In this document: positions 19,496 through 28,826 of the stretch, piece after piece | Layout of the letters: each line of letters begins with the position of its first letter | How positions within the stretch are numbered: the stretch's first letter is position 1 | NCBI GenBank assembly: GCA_040879685.1 | Contig: JBBDJW010000005.1 | Location: forward strand, 21,741 to 85,740 | Length of the DNA: 64,000 nt | Direction: 5' to 3' | Source: Minisyncoccota bacterium | GTDB taxonomy: Bacteria; Patescibacteriota; Minisyncoccia; Phycocordibacterales; UBA2135 | Notes under the pieces: model-generated | What the model was told of the DNA's origin: nothing | Database searches by the model: none | Seen by the model: the letters and a program-made list of their open reading frames with translations, nothing else | Program-made: the position numbers and the translations under genes

Positions 19496-20858
19496 ACACT
19501 TCTAACTTTTTAGCGGCACTACGCAGACGAGAAATTGTTTCTTTTTTTCCAAAGAATTCAGAGAGCGTAAAGGGATCGGGAGAGTGCTCTTTTCCTGAAA
19601 GTGCAAAACGCATTGGCCACAGAACACCCCCCCTCCCCTCTTTCTCTGCATACTCCCACACCGCTTCTTTTATTTTTTCTTTACTAAAAAACTTCTCGTC
19701 TAGTTCTGTTAAAAGCGAAGCGACACGAAGGACTCGTTCCTGTGTTCGCTCTTTGTCCGTCTCGCCTTTCCATAAAAGTTTTTTCGTCTCATAGTGAGGT
19801 TCAATAAAAAAATAAGAAAGCGCATCGTCTTTATGAAGCTTTTCAATGTCTTGAAAAGTATCAATGTGTTCTGTTAAAATTCTGCGTGCGCGCAGTACTT
19901 TTTCCTTAAAGTTTGGTAGTGCGGATAATGCATGCGGAAAAAAAGTAGTTGCCTGTGTGAGCCATTCACTATCAGTTAAGTTTTTTATATGCCGACGATT
20001 AAGCCAGTGCAATTTTTGATAATCAAAAATTGCACCACCCTTTCCAATGTGTTCAAAGGAAAAGTATTTTGTGAGCTCGGAAAGCGAAAAAACATCTTCT
20101 TTTTGTTGCCGTATCTCTTCTGCCGGAGCCCAACCAAGAAACGCCATATAATTAAGAAGGGCTTCTGGTAAATAACCCTCTGCCTTAAAATCGCCCACAG
20201 AAGTTGCTCCGTGGCGTTTAGAGAGCTTAGACCTATCTTCACCCAAAACAAGCGGTAAATGGGCGTATTTGGGCCTCAGAGCGCCGAGAGCGTCTTGTAT
20301 CAGTATCTGGCGAGGAGTATTTGAAATATGGTCTTCTCCGCGGATAATGTGGGTAATCCCCATTTCATGGTCATCCACCACAACCGCCAAATGATAGAGG
20401 GGGTCACGGACACTCTTTGCGATAATAAAGTCACCCAAATCGGCAGTGTCCATCTCAATTTCACCACGTACAAGGTCGGTGAAACTTACTTTAATATTTG
20501 GGTTTTTAAAGCGGATGACCATGCTCTCCTCTCCGTCTTTCTCTTCTTTTGACTCGTAGGCACTACCGCTTTGTAGGAGGCCTTGTACATGTTTTTCATA
20601 AATATCCCCTCGTCTGCTTTGATAGATAATTTCACCACTATACTTCAAGCCAAGCCACGCAAGTCCTTCTAAAATGTCTTTTTCATATTCTTCCCTGCTA
20701 CGCTGTATATCGGTGTCCTCAATGCGTAAATACATCTCTCCACCATAGTGCGTGGCGGCAAGAAAGTTAAACAGTGCTGTGCGAGCAGAACCTATGTGCA
20801 AATTTCCCGTTGGCGACGGAGCAAAACGAGTCTTCATATTTTTTGTTTTGTTAACCAT
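19485..20858 (-). CDS. gltX: glutamyl-tRNA synthetase
   Basis: TRFAPSPTGNLHIGSARTALFN (HIGH region) and KLSKRHG. The start may instead be the MKTRF at 20837. Confidence 0.88.
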   Translation of the reverse strand: MVNKTKNMKTRFAPSPTGNLHIGSARTALFNFLAATHYGGEMYLRIEDTDIQRSREEYEKDILEGLAWLGLKYSGEIIYQSRRGDIYEKHVQGLLQSGSAYESKEEKDGEESMVIRFKNPNIKVSFTDLVRGEIEMDTADLGDFIIAKSVRDPLYHLAVVVDDHEMGITHIIRGEDHISNTPRQILIQDALGALRPKYAHLPLVLGEDRSKLSKRHGATSVGDFKAEGYLPEALLNYMAFLGWAPAEEIRQQKEDVFSLSELTKYFSFEHIGKGGAIFDYQKLHWLNRRHIKNLTDSEWLTQATTFFPHALSALPNFKEKVLRARRILTEHIDTFQDIEKLHKDDALSYFFIEPHYETKKLLWKGETDKERTQERVLRVASLLTELDEKFFSKEKIKEAVWEYAEKEGRGGVLWPMRFALSGKEHSPDPFTLSEFFGKKETISRLRSAAKKLEVYEK

Positions 20859-20888
20859 ATTATAATGCGTAACACTCCTCGGTAGACC

Positions 20889-22016
20889 CTATAGTTCATG
20901 CGAGAGTCCAATCTCCAATGCTTCGTGAGCTATGGCAGTTGCTGCGCCGTCATCAAAAAAGTTTTTTGCCGCCGTACTCATTGTATCGTAAATTGCTTTG
21001 TTGCTTATGATGCGTTTTATCTCGCTTAAAAGTACATGTGGTGTGAGGTTCTCCTCTTCAATGACAACACTTGCACCGGTACGAGCGTAGGTAAAGGCAT
21101 TTTTTCTTTGATGGTCTCCTTGTGAGTGCGTAATGGGAATAAGAATGCTGGGGATACCCCAGGCAGCAATTTCAAAAATAGTTGAACCCGAGCGCGACAC
21201 AACAAGTGAAGCAACACCCGCGGACATACGCATCGCAAGAGGGTTAAGGTAAGCAAATGGCTTGTAGCGAGAAGCATTCTCGTTTTTATTTAAAATGACA
21301 CTCGCAGTTTTTTTAACTGACTCATTATGGAGAACTCCTGTTTGATGAATGACCTGATATTCAGAAAGAAGCTCTGGAAGAACATCCATAACAGCCTCAT
21401 TTATTTTTTGAGCGCCTTGAGAACCTCCCATAATAAGGAGCGTTGGTGTTTTTTCTGAAAGCTTAAGATATTCATAGGCACCGCGTGAAAGCGGTCTAAT
21501 AAGGTCGCGGCGCACAGGAAGCCCAACAACGGCAACCTTCTCTTTTGGAAAAAAGGAGGCTGCTTCGCTCCAAGCCACGGCAATGCGTCGCGCAAACTTT
21601 GAGGCCCATTTATTAGCACGTCCCGGATATGAATCTGATTCATGAATAATAACAGGAATGTTAAAAAGTCGTGCTGCAAAAAGCGCAGGGATACTTGCAT
21701 AGCCTCCTTTGCTTATCACTACATCGGGAAAGATAAAAAAGACATCAATAATAGCCATAACAATACCGATCGCCATTTTAACCATATCTATATAATTCCA
21801 AAGAGAGAAATAGAGGCGCCTCTTCCCTGCAAGAACTTTGTGAAAGGTGATGTCGTTTTCAAAAAGAAGTTTCTTGTCATAGGGTGCGGTAGACATATAG
21901 TGAAGGTCTGCCGGCAAAAGTTTTCTTTCGTCAGTTGTTTTGTGTATTTCTTCTGCTATGGCGATAAGCGGATAGAAGTGTCCTGCACTACCGCCTCCGG
22001 TTAAGAGAATCTTCAT
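20889..22016 (-). CDS. murG: undecaprenyldiphospho-muramoylpentapeptide beta-N-acetylglucosaminyltransferase
   Basis: MKILLTGGGSAGHFYPLIAIAEEI and a GT28 C-terminal domain. Confidence 0.88.
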   Translation of the reverse strand: MKILLTGGGSAGHFYPLIAIAEEIHKTTDERKLLPADLHYMSTAPYDKKLLFENDITFHKVLAGKRRLYFSLWNYIDMVKMAIGIVMAIIDVFFIFPDVVISKGGYASIPALFAARLFNIPVIIHESDSYPGRANKWASKFARRIAVAWSEAASFFPKEKVAVVGLPVRRDLIRPLSRGAYEYLKLSEKTPTLLIMGGSQGAQKINEAVMDVLPELLSEYQVIHQTGVLHNESVKKTASVILNKNENASRYKPFAYLNPLAMRMSAGVASLVVSRSGSTIFEIAAWGIPSILIPITHSQGDHQRKNAFTYARTGASVVIEEENLTPHVLLSEIKRIISNKAIYDTMSTAAKNFFDDGAATAIAHEALEIGLSHEL

Positions 22017-22072
22017 AATTAGATTGTTAAGTGTTAGGGATACCGTAAACTATGTTATGTAGTATGTAGTAT

Positions 22073-23161
22073 TTATCGGGCATATTTTGAAATATTTAAC
22101 AAAATACCAACAGCAGCCAAAGAAACAACAAGTGATGAGCCCCCATGTGAGACAAACGGAAGAGGAATGCCCGTGAGAGGAAAAACATTTAAAATACCAC
22201 CAATGTTTAAAAAGGCCTGCCCTGTAATTAGTATAACAATTCCTAAAGCCGTGAGTCTAGAAAAATGATTAGGTGCATGCCGAGCGATGCGGAGCCCACG
22301 AAGAGCAAAAGCAGTAAAGAGGGCAACAAGAAAGACACTACCTATGAAACCGAATTCTTCGGAAAAGACAGCAAAAATAGAGTCGGCTATCGGTTCTGGC
22401 AAGTATTGAAATTTTTGTATCCCCTGCCCAAATCCACGCCCCGTTAATTCTCCCGAACCTATTGCAATCAAAGACTGCTGGATCTGGTAGCCGGCGCCTT
22501 GCGGATCTAGCGCGGGGTTTATAAAGGTCATAATTCTCTCCCACACATAGAAGCGAGAGAGAGAAAGAATGACAACACCTACTACACCGCCGGCAATGGA
22601 GAGAGCAATATGTTTCCACGGTGCTCCATTTGCAATGTACATCACAAAAAGAGAGGTAGCTATAATGAGGAAGGTTCCTGTATCCGGTTGGCTTAAAAGA
22701 AGTGCTCCTATAAGAGAAGTGAGAAGTACAAAAGGGATAAGTCCATAACGAATGTCACGGACTCTCCTGTGCATCGCACCGAGCCATGTTGCAAAATAGA
22801 GAACGGAGGCAATCTTTAATAACTCTGACGGCTGAAAAGAAACAGGACCCAATGAAAGCCAACGGCGCGCACCTCCATACTCAAAAGAAAGAGCGTCTAT
22901 AAAAAGCAAAAGCATTAAAAAAAGCGAGAATGCAAAAAAAAGTAGGGAATATTTGCGGAGGAGTTTGTAATTGATATGTGCCGTTATAAAAAGGGCGATA
23001 AGACCTAAGACAAGTGCAAAAAATTGATTAAAAATAAGGGCAAAAAACTGCGCTCCTTCACGGGCGTGTTGCCCAAGTGATGCAGATAAGAAAATAAAAA
23101 AACCGCTCACCAAAAGTGCGGCAACAATTCCTAAAAACCACTTATCAACTCCACGAAGCAT
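22073..23161 (-). CDS. ftsW: SEDS family peptidoglycan glycosyltransferase (FtsW/RodA)
   Basis: Ten or more TM segments. FGQGIQKFQYLPEPIADSIFAVFSEEFGFIG motif. Sits between mraY and murG. Confidence 0.8.
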   Translation of the reverse strand: MLRGVDKWFLGIVAALLVSGFFIFLSASLGQHAREGAQFFALIFNQFFALVLGLIALFITAHINYKLLRKYSLLFFAFSLFLMLLLFIDALSFEYGGARRWLSLGPVSFQPSELLKIASVLYFATWLGAMHRRVRDIRYGLIPFVLLTSLIGALLLSQPDTGTFLIIATSLFVMYIANGAPWKHIALSIAGGVVGVVILSLSRFYVWERIMTFINPALDPQGAGYQIQQSLIAIGSGELTGRGFGQGIQKFQYLPEPIADSIFAVFSEEFGFIGSVFLVALFTAFALRGLRIARHAPNHFSRLTALGIVILITGQAFLNIGGILNVFPLTGIPLPFVSHGGSSLVVSLAAVGILLNISKYAR

Positions 23162-23164
23162 ATC

Positions 23165-24226
23165 CTAAATCAAAGCTATAACAGTTCCAATAATTGCCAA
23201 GACTGCGCCAATAACCCAAAAACGCATTACTACCTTATACGAAGGCCAGCCAATCGCTTCAAAATGATGGTGAAGGGGTGCAATTTTAAAAAGCTTTTTC
23301 CCCCGAACCTTTTTAGAAAGCACCTGAAGGATATTTGAAAGTACCGTTACTACAAGAATGCCACCAATAATCGGCAAAACAGCAATGCCAACTCCTCCTC
23401 CAAGAGAGTCTGTCATAAAGGCTAAGACGGCAATGGTTAACGTCAACCCCATAGTACCTGTGTCTGTCATATAAAATCGTGCTGGAGGAATGTTAAACCA
23501 CAAAAAAGCAAGAAGCGCACCAACAGTTGTTGCAGAGAAGGCCGCGACATCAACTTGCCCTTGGGAAAATGCAATAATACCGTACGAAGCAAAGATAGGA
23601 ATAAAGACTCCTCCTGAGAGGCCATCTATGCCATCTATAACTCCGCTTGCGTAGAGTGCTAGAGAGACGAGAATAAAGAGTGGGATGATAAGCCACCCTA
23701 CAAAGAGCGGGTCTGCAAAAGGAATGCCTATCTCGGCTACTCCAAGCTTTTCATAAAACCACCAGCCAATAAAAAGAGAAAGAAGCACAACAATAGCAAG
23801 CCGATAGCGTAGTTTAAGAGTGCTTCTTTTTGGGAGAATGTCGTAGAGATCGTCCATAAGGCCAACAAGTGAGCCGACCATAAGTGTTGCAAGAGGAATC
23901 CATGTTCCACTTCGACTAAAAAAGTCGAGATTTTCAAAAAAATAAGGAAATTGTTCTGCCAAGAGGGCAATTCCGAGTGTAGTGATAAGGATACTTACCC
24001 AAATAATAATACCTCCCATGCGCGGGGTTTTTACTTCCCCCTCTGCGTGTAATTTATTAAATTCATGAGCAACACCTCCATCCAAGGCGTACTTACCACC
24101 CTCTTTTTTCCATGCCTTGTATTTATAGAGGTAATGCGTGAGGACTGGCGTCAATGCCATCCCAATAAAAAATGCCACGAGCGAGGGCACAAAAACTTTG
24201 AGAACATTTACTACTTCTGCCTCCAT
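23165..24226 (-). CDS. mraY: phospho-N-acetylmuramoyl-pentapeptide transferase
   Basis: Polytopic membrane protein with VIDGIDGLSGG and other MraY motifs. Confidence 0.88.
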   Translation of the reverse strand: MEAEVVNVLKVFVPSLVAFFIGMALTPVLTHYLYKYKAWKKEGGKYALDGGVAHEFNKLHAEGEVKTPRMGGIIIWVSILITTLGIALLAEQFPYFFENLDFFSRSGTWIPLATLMVGSLVGLMDDLYDILPKRSTLKLRYRLAIVVLLSLFIGWWFYEKLGVAEIGIPFADPLFVGWLIIPLFILVSLALYASGVIDGIDGLSGGVFIPIFASYGIIAFSQGQVDVAAFSATTVGALLAFLWFNIPPARFYMTDTGTMGLTLTIAVLAFMTDSLGGGVGIAVLPIIGGILVVTVLSNILQVLSKKVRGKKLFKIAPLHHHFEAIGWPSYKVVMRFWVIGAVLAIIGTVIALI

Positions 24227-24254
24227 AAGGCTATCATAACATGAATTATAACAA

Positions 24255-24305
24255 TAAAAATCCCCGTGTTTGTGTAGAAATACACAAACACGGGGATTTC
24301 AGAGT
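24255..24305 (-). terminator. intrinsic terminator with a 19-bp perfect stem and GAAA loop, downstream of the 24311-24691 gene
   Basis: AAATCCCCGTGTTTGTGTAgaaaTACACAAACACGGGGATTT, followed on the minus strand by TTATTGTT. Confidence 0.65.
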
Positions 24306-24310
24306 AGCAA

Positions 24311-24691
24311 TTATGCTGCTCTGAAATGATACGGCGCCTTTCGGGCAATGTTGATCTTTGTCAACACCGCCCGTTGTCTGCCAGTGAGTTCACATCGCTC
24401 CCCTTGAAAACACTCCAGTGGAACAGCATTTTTATACCCCACTAGCCCGCCGATGTTGCATGAGCCGGCAAATTGCTTAATCCACAGCTCTTTGCCATTA
24501 CTTCCAACAAGCAAAACACACGGCGGTTCGCATTTTCCCTGGAAGACCGATTCTTTTTTATAGAGGGCAACATTTGCAACATCGCCCTCAAGAACATCCT
24601 CAAAGGTTGCCCCTGGGGTTGCAAGTTTTTCAATTTCGCACAAGTGCTTTTGACTTTCTTTTCTTCGCTCAGACCTTGTCTTGGCAACCAT
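24311..24691 (-). CDS. hypothetical Cys-containing protein
   Basis: 126 aa. A GGAG sits 8 nt upstream of the ATG and its own terminator lies downstream. No recognisable domain. Confidence 0.5.
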   Translation of the reverse strand: MVAKTRSERRKESQKHLCEIEKLATPGATFEDVLEGDVANVALYKKESVFQGKCEPPCVLLVGSNGKELWIKQFAGSCNIGGLVGYKNAVPLECFQGERCELTGRQRAVLTKINIARKAPYHFRAA

Positions 24692-24799
24692 AGCATAGCT
24701 CCTTATATATATGAATTTAAAAAAAACTTCTTTACCGCTTCTTGTCTTTTATCATATATAGTCTATCTTGTCAATATCTCGTGTGGTAGATTCAATAGC

Positions 24800-24820
24800 G
24801 TCAAAAGCTTAGCTTTTGAC
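24800..24820. repeat. 21-bp palindromic hairpin GTCAAAAGCTTAGCTTTTGAC, copy 1
   Basis: Perfect 9-bp arms. An identical element in reverse-complement orientation lies at 25048-25068. Confidence 0.7.
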
Positions 24821-25047
24821 AATGGGGGCAGGAAATTATAAAACCGTCAAATTGTGCACTATCCAATGTTGAAATTAATTATGGAACTCACCCCAAGAGG
24901 AAAAACTTCTGGGAGAGGTATGCTTCTAAAACACCTCTGTAGAGCTGTTTTAGAGACTATTTTAGAGAAAGAATTTCTTCATAATTATATATTTGATGCT
25001 ATAGCATTAAATATATAATTTCCTCCGCCGAGAAATTATGCCTAAGT

Positions 25048-25068
25048 GTCAAAAGCTAAGCTTTTGAC
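25048..25068. repeat. 21-bp palindromic hairpin GTCAAAAGCTAAGCTTTTGAC, copy 2, the reverse complement of copy 1
   Basis: Exact reverse complement of 24800-24820. The two bracket about 230 bp of non-coding DNA. Confidence 0.7.
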
Positions 25069-25161
25069 ACTACGGGAATAAAATCAAAAAACTGTTTCGC
25101 CTACTGCGCGACGGTTTTTTATTCCTATAGCAACCTACAGCAATGGTAATAATATCTTTTT

Positions 25162-26115
25162 CTATTTATCCTGTTCGGTGTACTCCAAGTATTCAAATGT
25201 TGCCCAGATTAGCTGTGCGACATCGGAAAACCTGCCCTCTCGGCTTGAACCGAGCACAACAACAACCATAGGACGCGCAAGACCGGCATCAAAAGCAACC
25301 GCTAGATTTCCTCCCGCAAGGTAGGTGAAGCCAGTCTTGGAGCCAATAACTGCAGGAAGGGTGTTGACGAGTTCATTGGTGTTCGTCGCAGAGTGTACAT
25401 AATTACTTAACGAGGTAAGTGTTTTTTCCTTGTGTGTTGTTTCCTCAAGAATCTGCGGATGATGCTCCATAATATAAGCAAAAAGTTTTGCAACGTCATA
25501 CGCACTTCCATAGGCGCCACTTATCTCTGAAGAAATATCAAGCCCCGAAGGGTCAAGAAGATAGGTTTGATCCAGATTCGCTCTTTGTATCGTTTCAAGT
25601 ATTTTGTAAGAAAAAATATCCTGCGCATTTATATCTTCCTTTTTACCCAACAGAGAAACCGCCTCTGCAAGAGCCACAGCGCCATCATTTGATGACGTGA
25701 TAAGAGTTAGGGCGATAAGGTCAGAGGGATTCCACAGCTCTCCCGTAAGAAAGCCAGAGTCCCCTTCTTTTGCTATGGCGGATTTTGTAATTATCACCGA
25801 TTCATCTGCGTCTATGTTCTCTGTTGCAACAATCGCTGTCAAAAGCTTTGCAAGTGAGGCAAGAGGAAGCTGGTCAGTCTCGTGTTGTCGGTAAAGAATC
25901 CTCCCTGTATTGATATCAAAAACAATAGCCGATTGTGCCTCTAAACTGATTACCTTGTATGGATTTATAGTTCCTTTATGGATCGGGGTAGTTTTATGCA
26001 CTGCGAGCTCTTCTTTCCCTGCGCCAAAAAACAACGCAAAAAGTACCAACATCACACCAAGCGTTACTTGGATTTTATGAGGGCTATGCGGATCTTGTAA
26101 AAGCTCATTATTCAT
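25162..26115 (-). CDS. dacA: D-alanyl-D-alanine carboxypeptidase (S11, PBP5/6-like)
   Basis: N-terminal TM segment. SxxK (SLAK), SxN (SSN) and KTG motifs. Confidence 0.8.
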   Translation of the reverse strand: MNNELLQDPHSPHKIQVTLGVMLVLFALFFGAGKEELAVHKTTPIHKGTINPYKVISLEAQSAIVFDINTGRILYRQHETDQLPLASLAKLLTAIVATENIDADESVIITKSAIAKEGDSGFLTGELWNPSDLIALTLITSSNDGAVALAEAVSLLGKKEDINAQDIFSYKILETIQRANLDQTYLLDPSGLDISSEISGAYGSAYDVAKLFAYIMEHHPQILEETTHKEKTLTSLSNYVHSATNTNELVNTLPAVIGSKTGFTYLAGGNLAVAFDAGLARPMVVVVLGSSREGRFSDVAQLIWATFEYLEYTEQDK

Positions 26116-26666
26116 GATTCATTTTTATCCTCTTCTTTTTTAAAATTTTTCTCAAAATGAGCAATTTCTTCTTGGACAGTGCTGAATTCAGGCAGTTCGT
26201 TTTTCTTTGAGATGCCAAGATATGAAAAGAGTTCCGTTGTTGGACTATAGACGTAGGCTCGCTTATCTAGTTTATGAGGTACCCTCTCTACAAGACCACG
26301 AATAAGAAGATTTCGTAAAATAAAACTTGAATTGACTCCTCGTATATAGTCTATCTGTGCCTTAGACACAGGTCCTTTATACAACACAATGGTAAGTGTC
26401 TCAAGCGATGCCTTTCCGAGGTCTTTCTCTCTCTCTTCTTTGGTGAGGTCTTCTATCAACTCGCTCATTTCTCTGTCTGTTGCTAACGAGACCTCTTTGT
26501 CATTTTGGATAAGTGTAATGCCATGTCCAGAAAGCCGCTCCTCTAACACAGGGAGCGCTTTTTTAAGCTCATCGCGCGAGATACCCAAAAGCCTTTCAAG
26601 TATCTGATGGCTCATTGGCTCACTTTTATAAAAAAGCAGTGCTTCAATTTTTGCTGATAAATCCAT
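26112..26666 (-). CDS. scpB: segregation and condensation protein B
   Basis: MDLSAKIEALLFYKSEPMS... winged-helix ScpB pattern. Directly downstream of scpA. Confidence 0.8.
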   Translation of the reverse strand: MDLSAKIEALLFYKSEPMSHQILERLLGISRDELKKALPVLEERLSGHGITLIQNDKEVSLATDREMSELIEDLTKEEREKDLGKASLETLTIVLYKGPVSKAQIDYIRGVNSSFILRNLLIRGLVERVPHKLDKRAYVYSPTTELFSYLGISKKNELPEFSTVQEEIAHFEKNFKKEEDKNES

Positions 26667-26670
26667 AGTA

Positions 26671-27396
26671 TTAGTAATGTGGCGTATCTACCTCGGCACG
26701 TCCCATTGTAATATCTCCAAAGTGTTTTTGTTGCTCTGCGGTGATTACCCCCCGTCGCACCAACTCAAGCATTGCAAGAAATCCAATCACAATAGTTACC
26801 CTTTCCTTCTGCCCTCCTGAAAATTCCTTAAAAGAAACTGAGAGAGCAGAGTTAATTCGCTCCGTTAAGGAGTCAATCACCTCTTTTAAAGAAAGCATCT
26901 TTTTCATTACGACCTGGGGCACATACTCTATTTTTGGTAATGATTGAATAACTCGGTAGATAGCAGAAAGAAGATTGCTCTTTGTAATCTCTGCTGTCGG
27001 TGAAAAAACCGGCTCTAAGGAAGGTGTTTTACTTTTCTGATAGAGAACTTTTTTTCCAAAATGATTTTGAATATAAACACTTAATTCTCTGAAACGTTTG
27101 TACTGCATAAGTTGTTCCTCAAGGCTTTCAATGCTCTCCTCTTCTTCATCTTTAAGCTTTAGGTTTGGCAAAAGTGAACGAGATTTTATCAAGACAAGCG
27201 TTGAGGCAACGAGAATAAACTCTGCCGTATGTCGCAGGTGCACACTCTCAGCTTCTTCCAGATATGAAAGATAGTCATCTGTAATTGCCGCGAGAGATAC
27301 ATCGCTTATGTGCATTTTTCGCTCTTCAATAAGGGTCAAGAGCAGGTCCAAGGGACCTTCAAAACTTTCAAGCTTTACTCGGTAATTTTCAACCAT
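26671..27396 (-). CDS. scpA: segregation and condensation protein A
   Basis: YRVKLESFEGPLDLLLTLIEERKMHISDVSLAAITDDYL. The start is chosen at MVENY (27396), so it does not overlap the upstream synthetase gene. Confidence 0.8.
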   Translation of the reverse strand: MVENYRVKLESFEGPLDLLLTLIEERKMHISDVSLAAITDDYLSYLEEAESVHLRHTAEFILVASTLVLIKSRSLLPNLKLKDEEEESIESLEEQLMQYKRFRELSVYIQNHFGKKVLYQKSKTPSLEPVFSPTAEITKSNLLSAIYRVIQSLPKIEYVPQVVMKKMLSLKEVIDSLTERINSALSVSFKEFSGGQKERVTIVIGFLAMLELVRRGVITAEQQKHFGDITMGRAEVDTPHY

Positions 27397-27397
27397 A

Positions 27398-28777
27398 TTA
27401 TTCGGAGAGCCGTGTATCAATTCTATCATTGTCGGAAAGACGCGTATCAATACGATGCATATCGCGAGGAAACGGCGTTGCAAGTTTTACATTCGGAAGC
27501 TCGAGCATTCGTGCTGTAAAACGTTCAAGCCCTGTTGAGCATCCACCATGGGGCGGGATGCCGTATTTATGCATTTGAAGATAGAAAGAGAATTTTTCAG
27601 GATCCAACCCTCGCTCTTTAAGTGTTTTTATAAGATGTTCATAATTATGGTATCGTTGACTACCACTGTTTATCTCAAGTCCACGGAAAAGAAGGTCGAA
27701 ACTCCTCGAGTACGTCGGGTTATCAGGGTCAGGATATGTATAGAAAGCACGTTTTGCTGTTGGGAAGTGTGTAATAAACACAAAGTCAGAACCATGTTCT
27801 TTGCAAGCCCACTCACCTATTTTTCGCTCATGTTCTGGCTCAAGATCTGGCTCTCCAATAGCATCAATGCTAAATTCTTTTTTAAGAATTTCTTGTGCCT
27901 CAGTAAGTTTTAAAGAAGGAAACTCTTCTTTAGGAAGTATGGGAGTTTCTATTCCAAAACGTGTAAATACATCTAAATGTTTCTCTATAACACGCTCTAC
28001 AGTTTTTCGAATAACATGCTCTAGAACACTCATTACGTCAGTGTGGTCTTTGATAAATGCAAGCTCAAAGTCCATCTGTGTAATCTCGCTTAAATGGCGT
28101 GTCGTTGCATGCTTTTCCCCTCGAAAGATTTTTGCAATGGTGAATACTTTTTCAAAAACACCCGTCATGATTTCTTTATAGAGTTGTGGGCTTGTTGCGA
28201 GGAAGGCTGTCTTTTCATTATAATATGCAACTTTAAATGCAGCCGCACCCCCTTCAGCATCCTCTCCTACAAGTGCGGGAGATTGAAACTCAATAAACTC
28301 TGCATCAATAAGGGCCTTGCGATATGCTTCTAGAATCGTTGCCTGCACAGTGAAGATGTCCCTTCCTTTTTGTGTTCTTAGTGTTAACGGAAGATAGTCA
28401 AAATATGTATCAAGGTTTATATCACCATTTTTATCAAAAGGAAGCTCGGCGGAAGGAGAGAGGATGACGATATCTTCTATTCCAAGCTCAATATCTCCGG
28501 TCGGCAGTTTGTCATTAACCATATTCTCCGGTCTTTTTTTAACCGTTCCGGTAACTTCAACCACCCATTCCGCATGAAGTTTTTGGGCGTCGTTATGTGC
28601 CTTTTCTTCTTTAGGGGTCACTACTGATTGAATGACTCCGGTTCTATCGCGAATATCTAAAAAGGTAAGTTTGCCATGATCACGAGCACTATCAACCCAA
28701 CCGGCAATTTTTACCTCTTTGTCAATATGATTCTTTAATTCATTTATATAAATTCTTTTCATTTTTTTCTTTTCCAA
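27398..28777 (-). CDS. aspS: class IIb aminoacyl-tRNA synthetase, most likely archaeal/eukaryal-type aspartyl-tRNA synthetase. AsnRS is not fully excluded.
   Basis: 459 aa with an OB-fold N-terminus, FRGEKHATTRHLSEITQMDFELAF (motif 2), SPQLYK, and GIPPHGGCSTGLERF (motif 3). There is no bacterial GAD insertion. Confidence 0.6.
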   Translation of the reverse strand: MEKKKMKRIYINELKNHIDKEVKIAGWVDSARDHGKLTFLDIRDRTGVIQSVVTPKEEKAHNDAQKLHAEWVVEVTGTVKKRPENMVNDKLPTGDIELGIEDIVILSPSAELPFDKNGDINLDTYFDYLPLTLRTQKGRDIFTVQATILEAYRKALIDAEFIEFQSPALVGEDAEGGAAAFKVAYYNEKTAFLATSPQLYKEIMTGVFEKVFTIAKIFRGEKHATTRHLSEITQMDFELAFIKDHTDVMSVLEHVIRKTVERVIEKHLDVFTRFGIETPILPKEEFPSLKLTEAQEILKKEFSIDAIGEPDLEPEHERKIGEWACKEHGSDFVFITHFPTAKRAFYTYPDPDNPTYSRSFDLLFRGLEINSGSQRYHNYEHLIKTLKERGLDPEKFSFYLQMHKYGIPPHGGCSTGLERFTARMLELPNVKLATPFPRDMHRIDTRLSDNDRIDTRLSE

Positions 28778-28826
28778 TTATCGTTTTTTTTTCAAAAAAA
28801 CCATAATTGGGAATGCATACTACTTT

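Noticed and set aside
24473-24841. 122-aa plus-strand ORF
   Set aside because: It overlaps the better-supported minus-strand gene 24311-24691 (which has a ribosome-binding site and its own terminator) and extends into hairpin repeats.
24900-24960. GTTTTAGAGCT-like motif reminiscent of a type II CRISPR repeat
   Set aside because: It is a single occurrence inside AT-rich spacer DNA. There are no regularly spaced direct repeats and no cas genes in the window.
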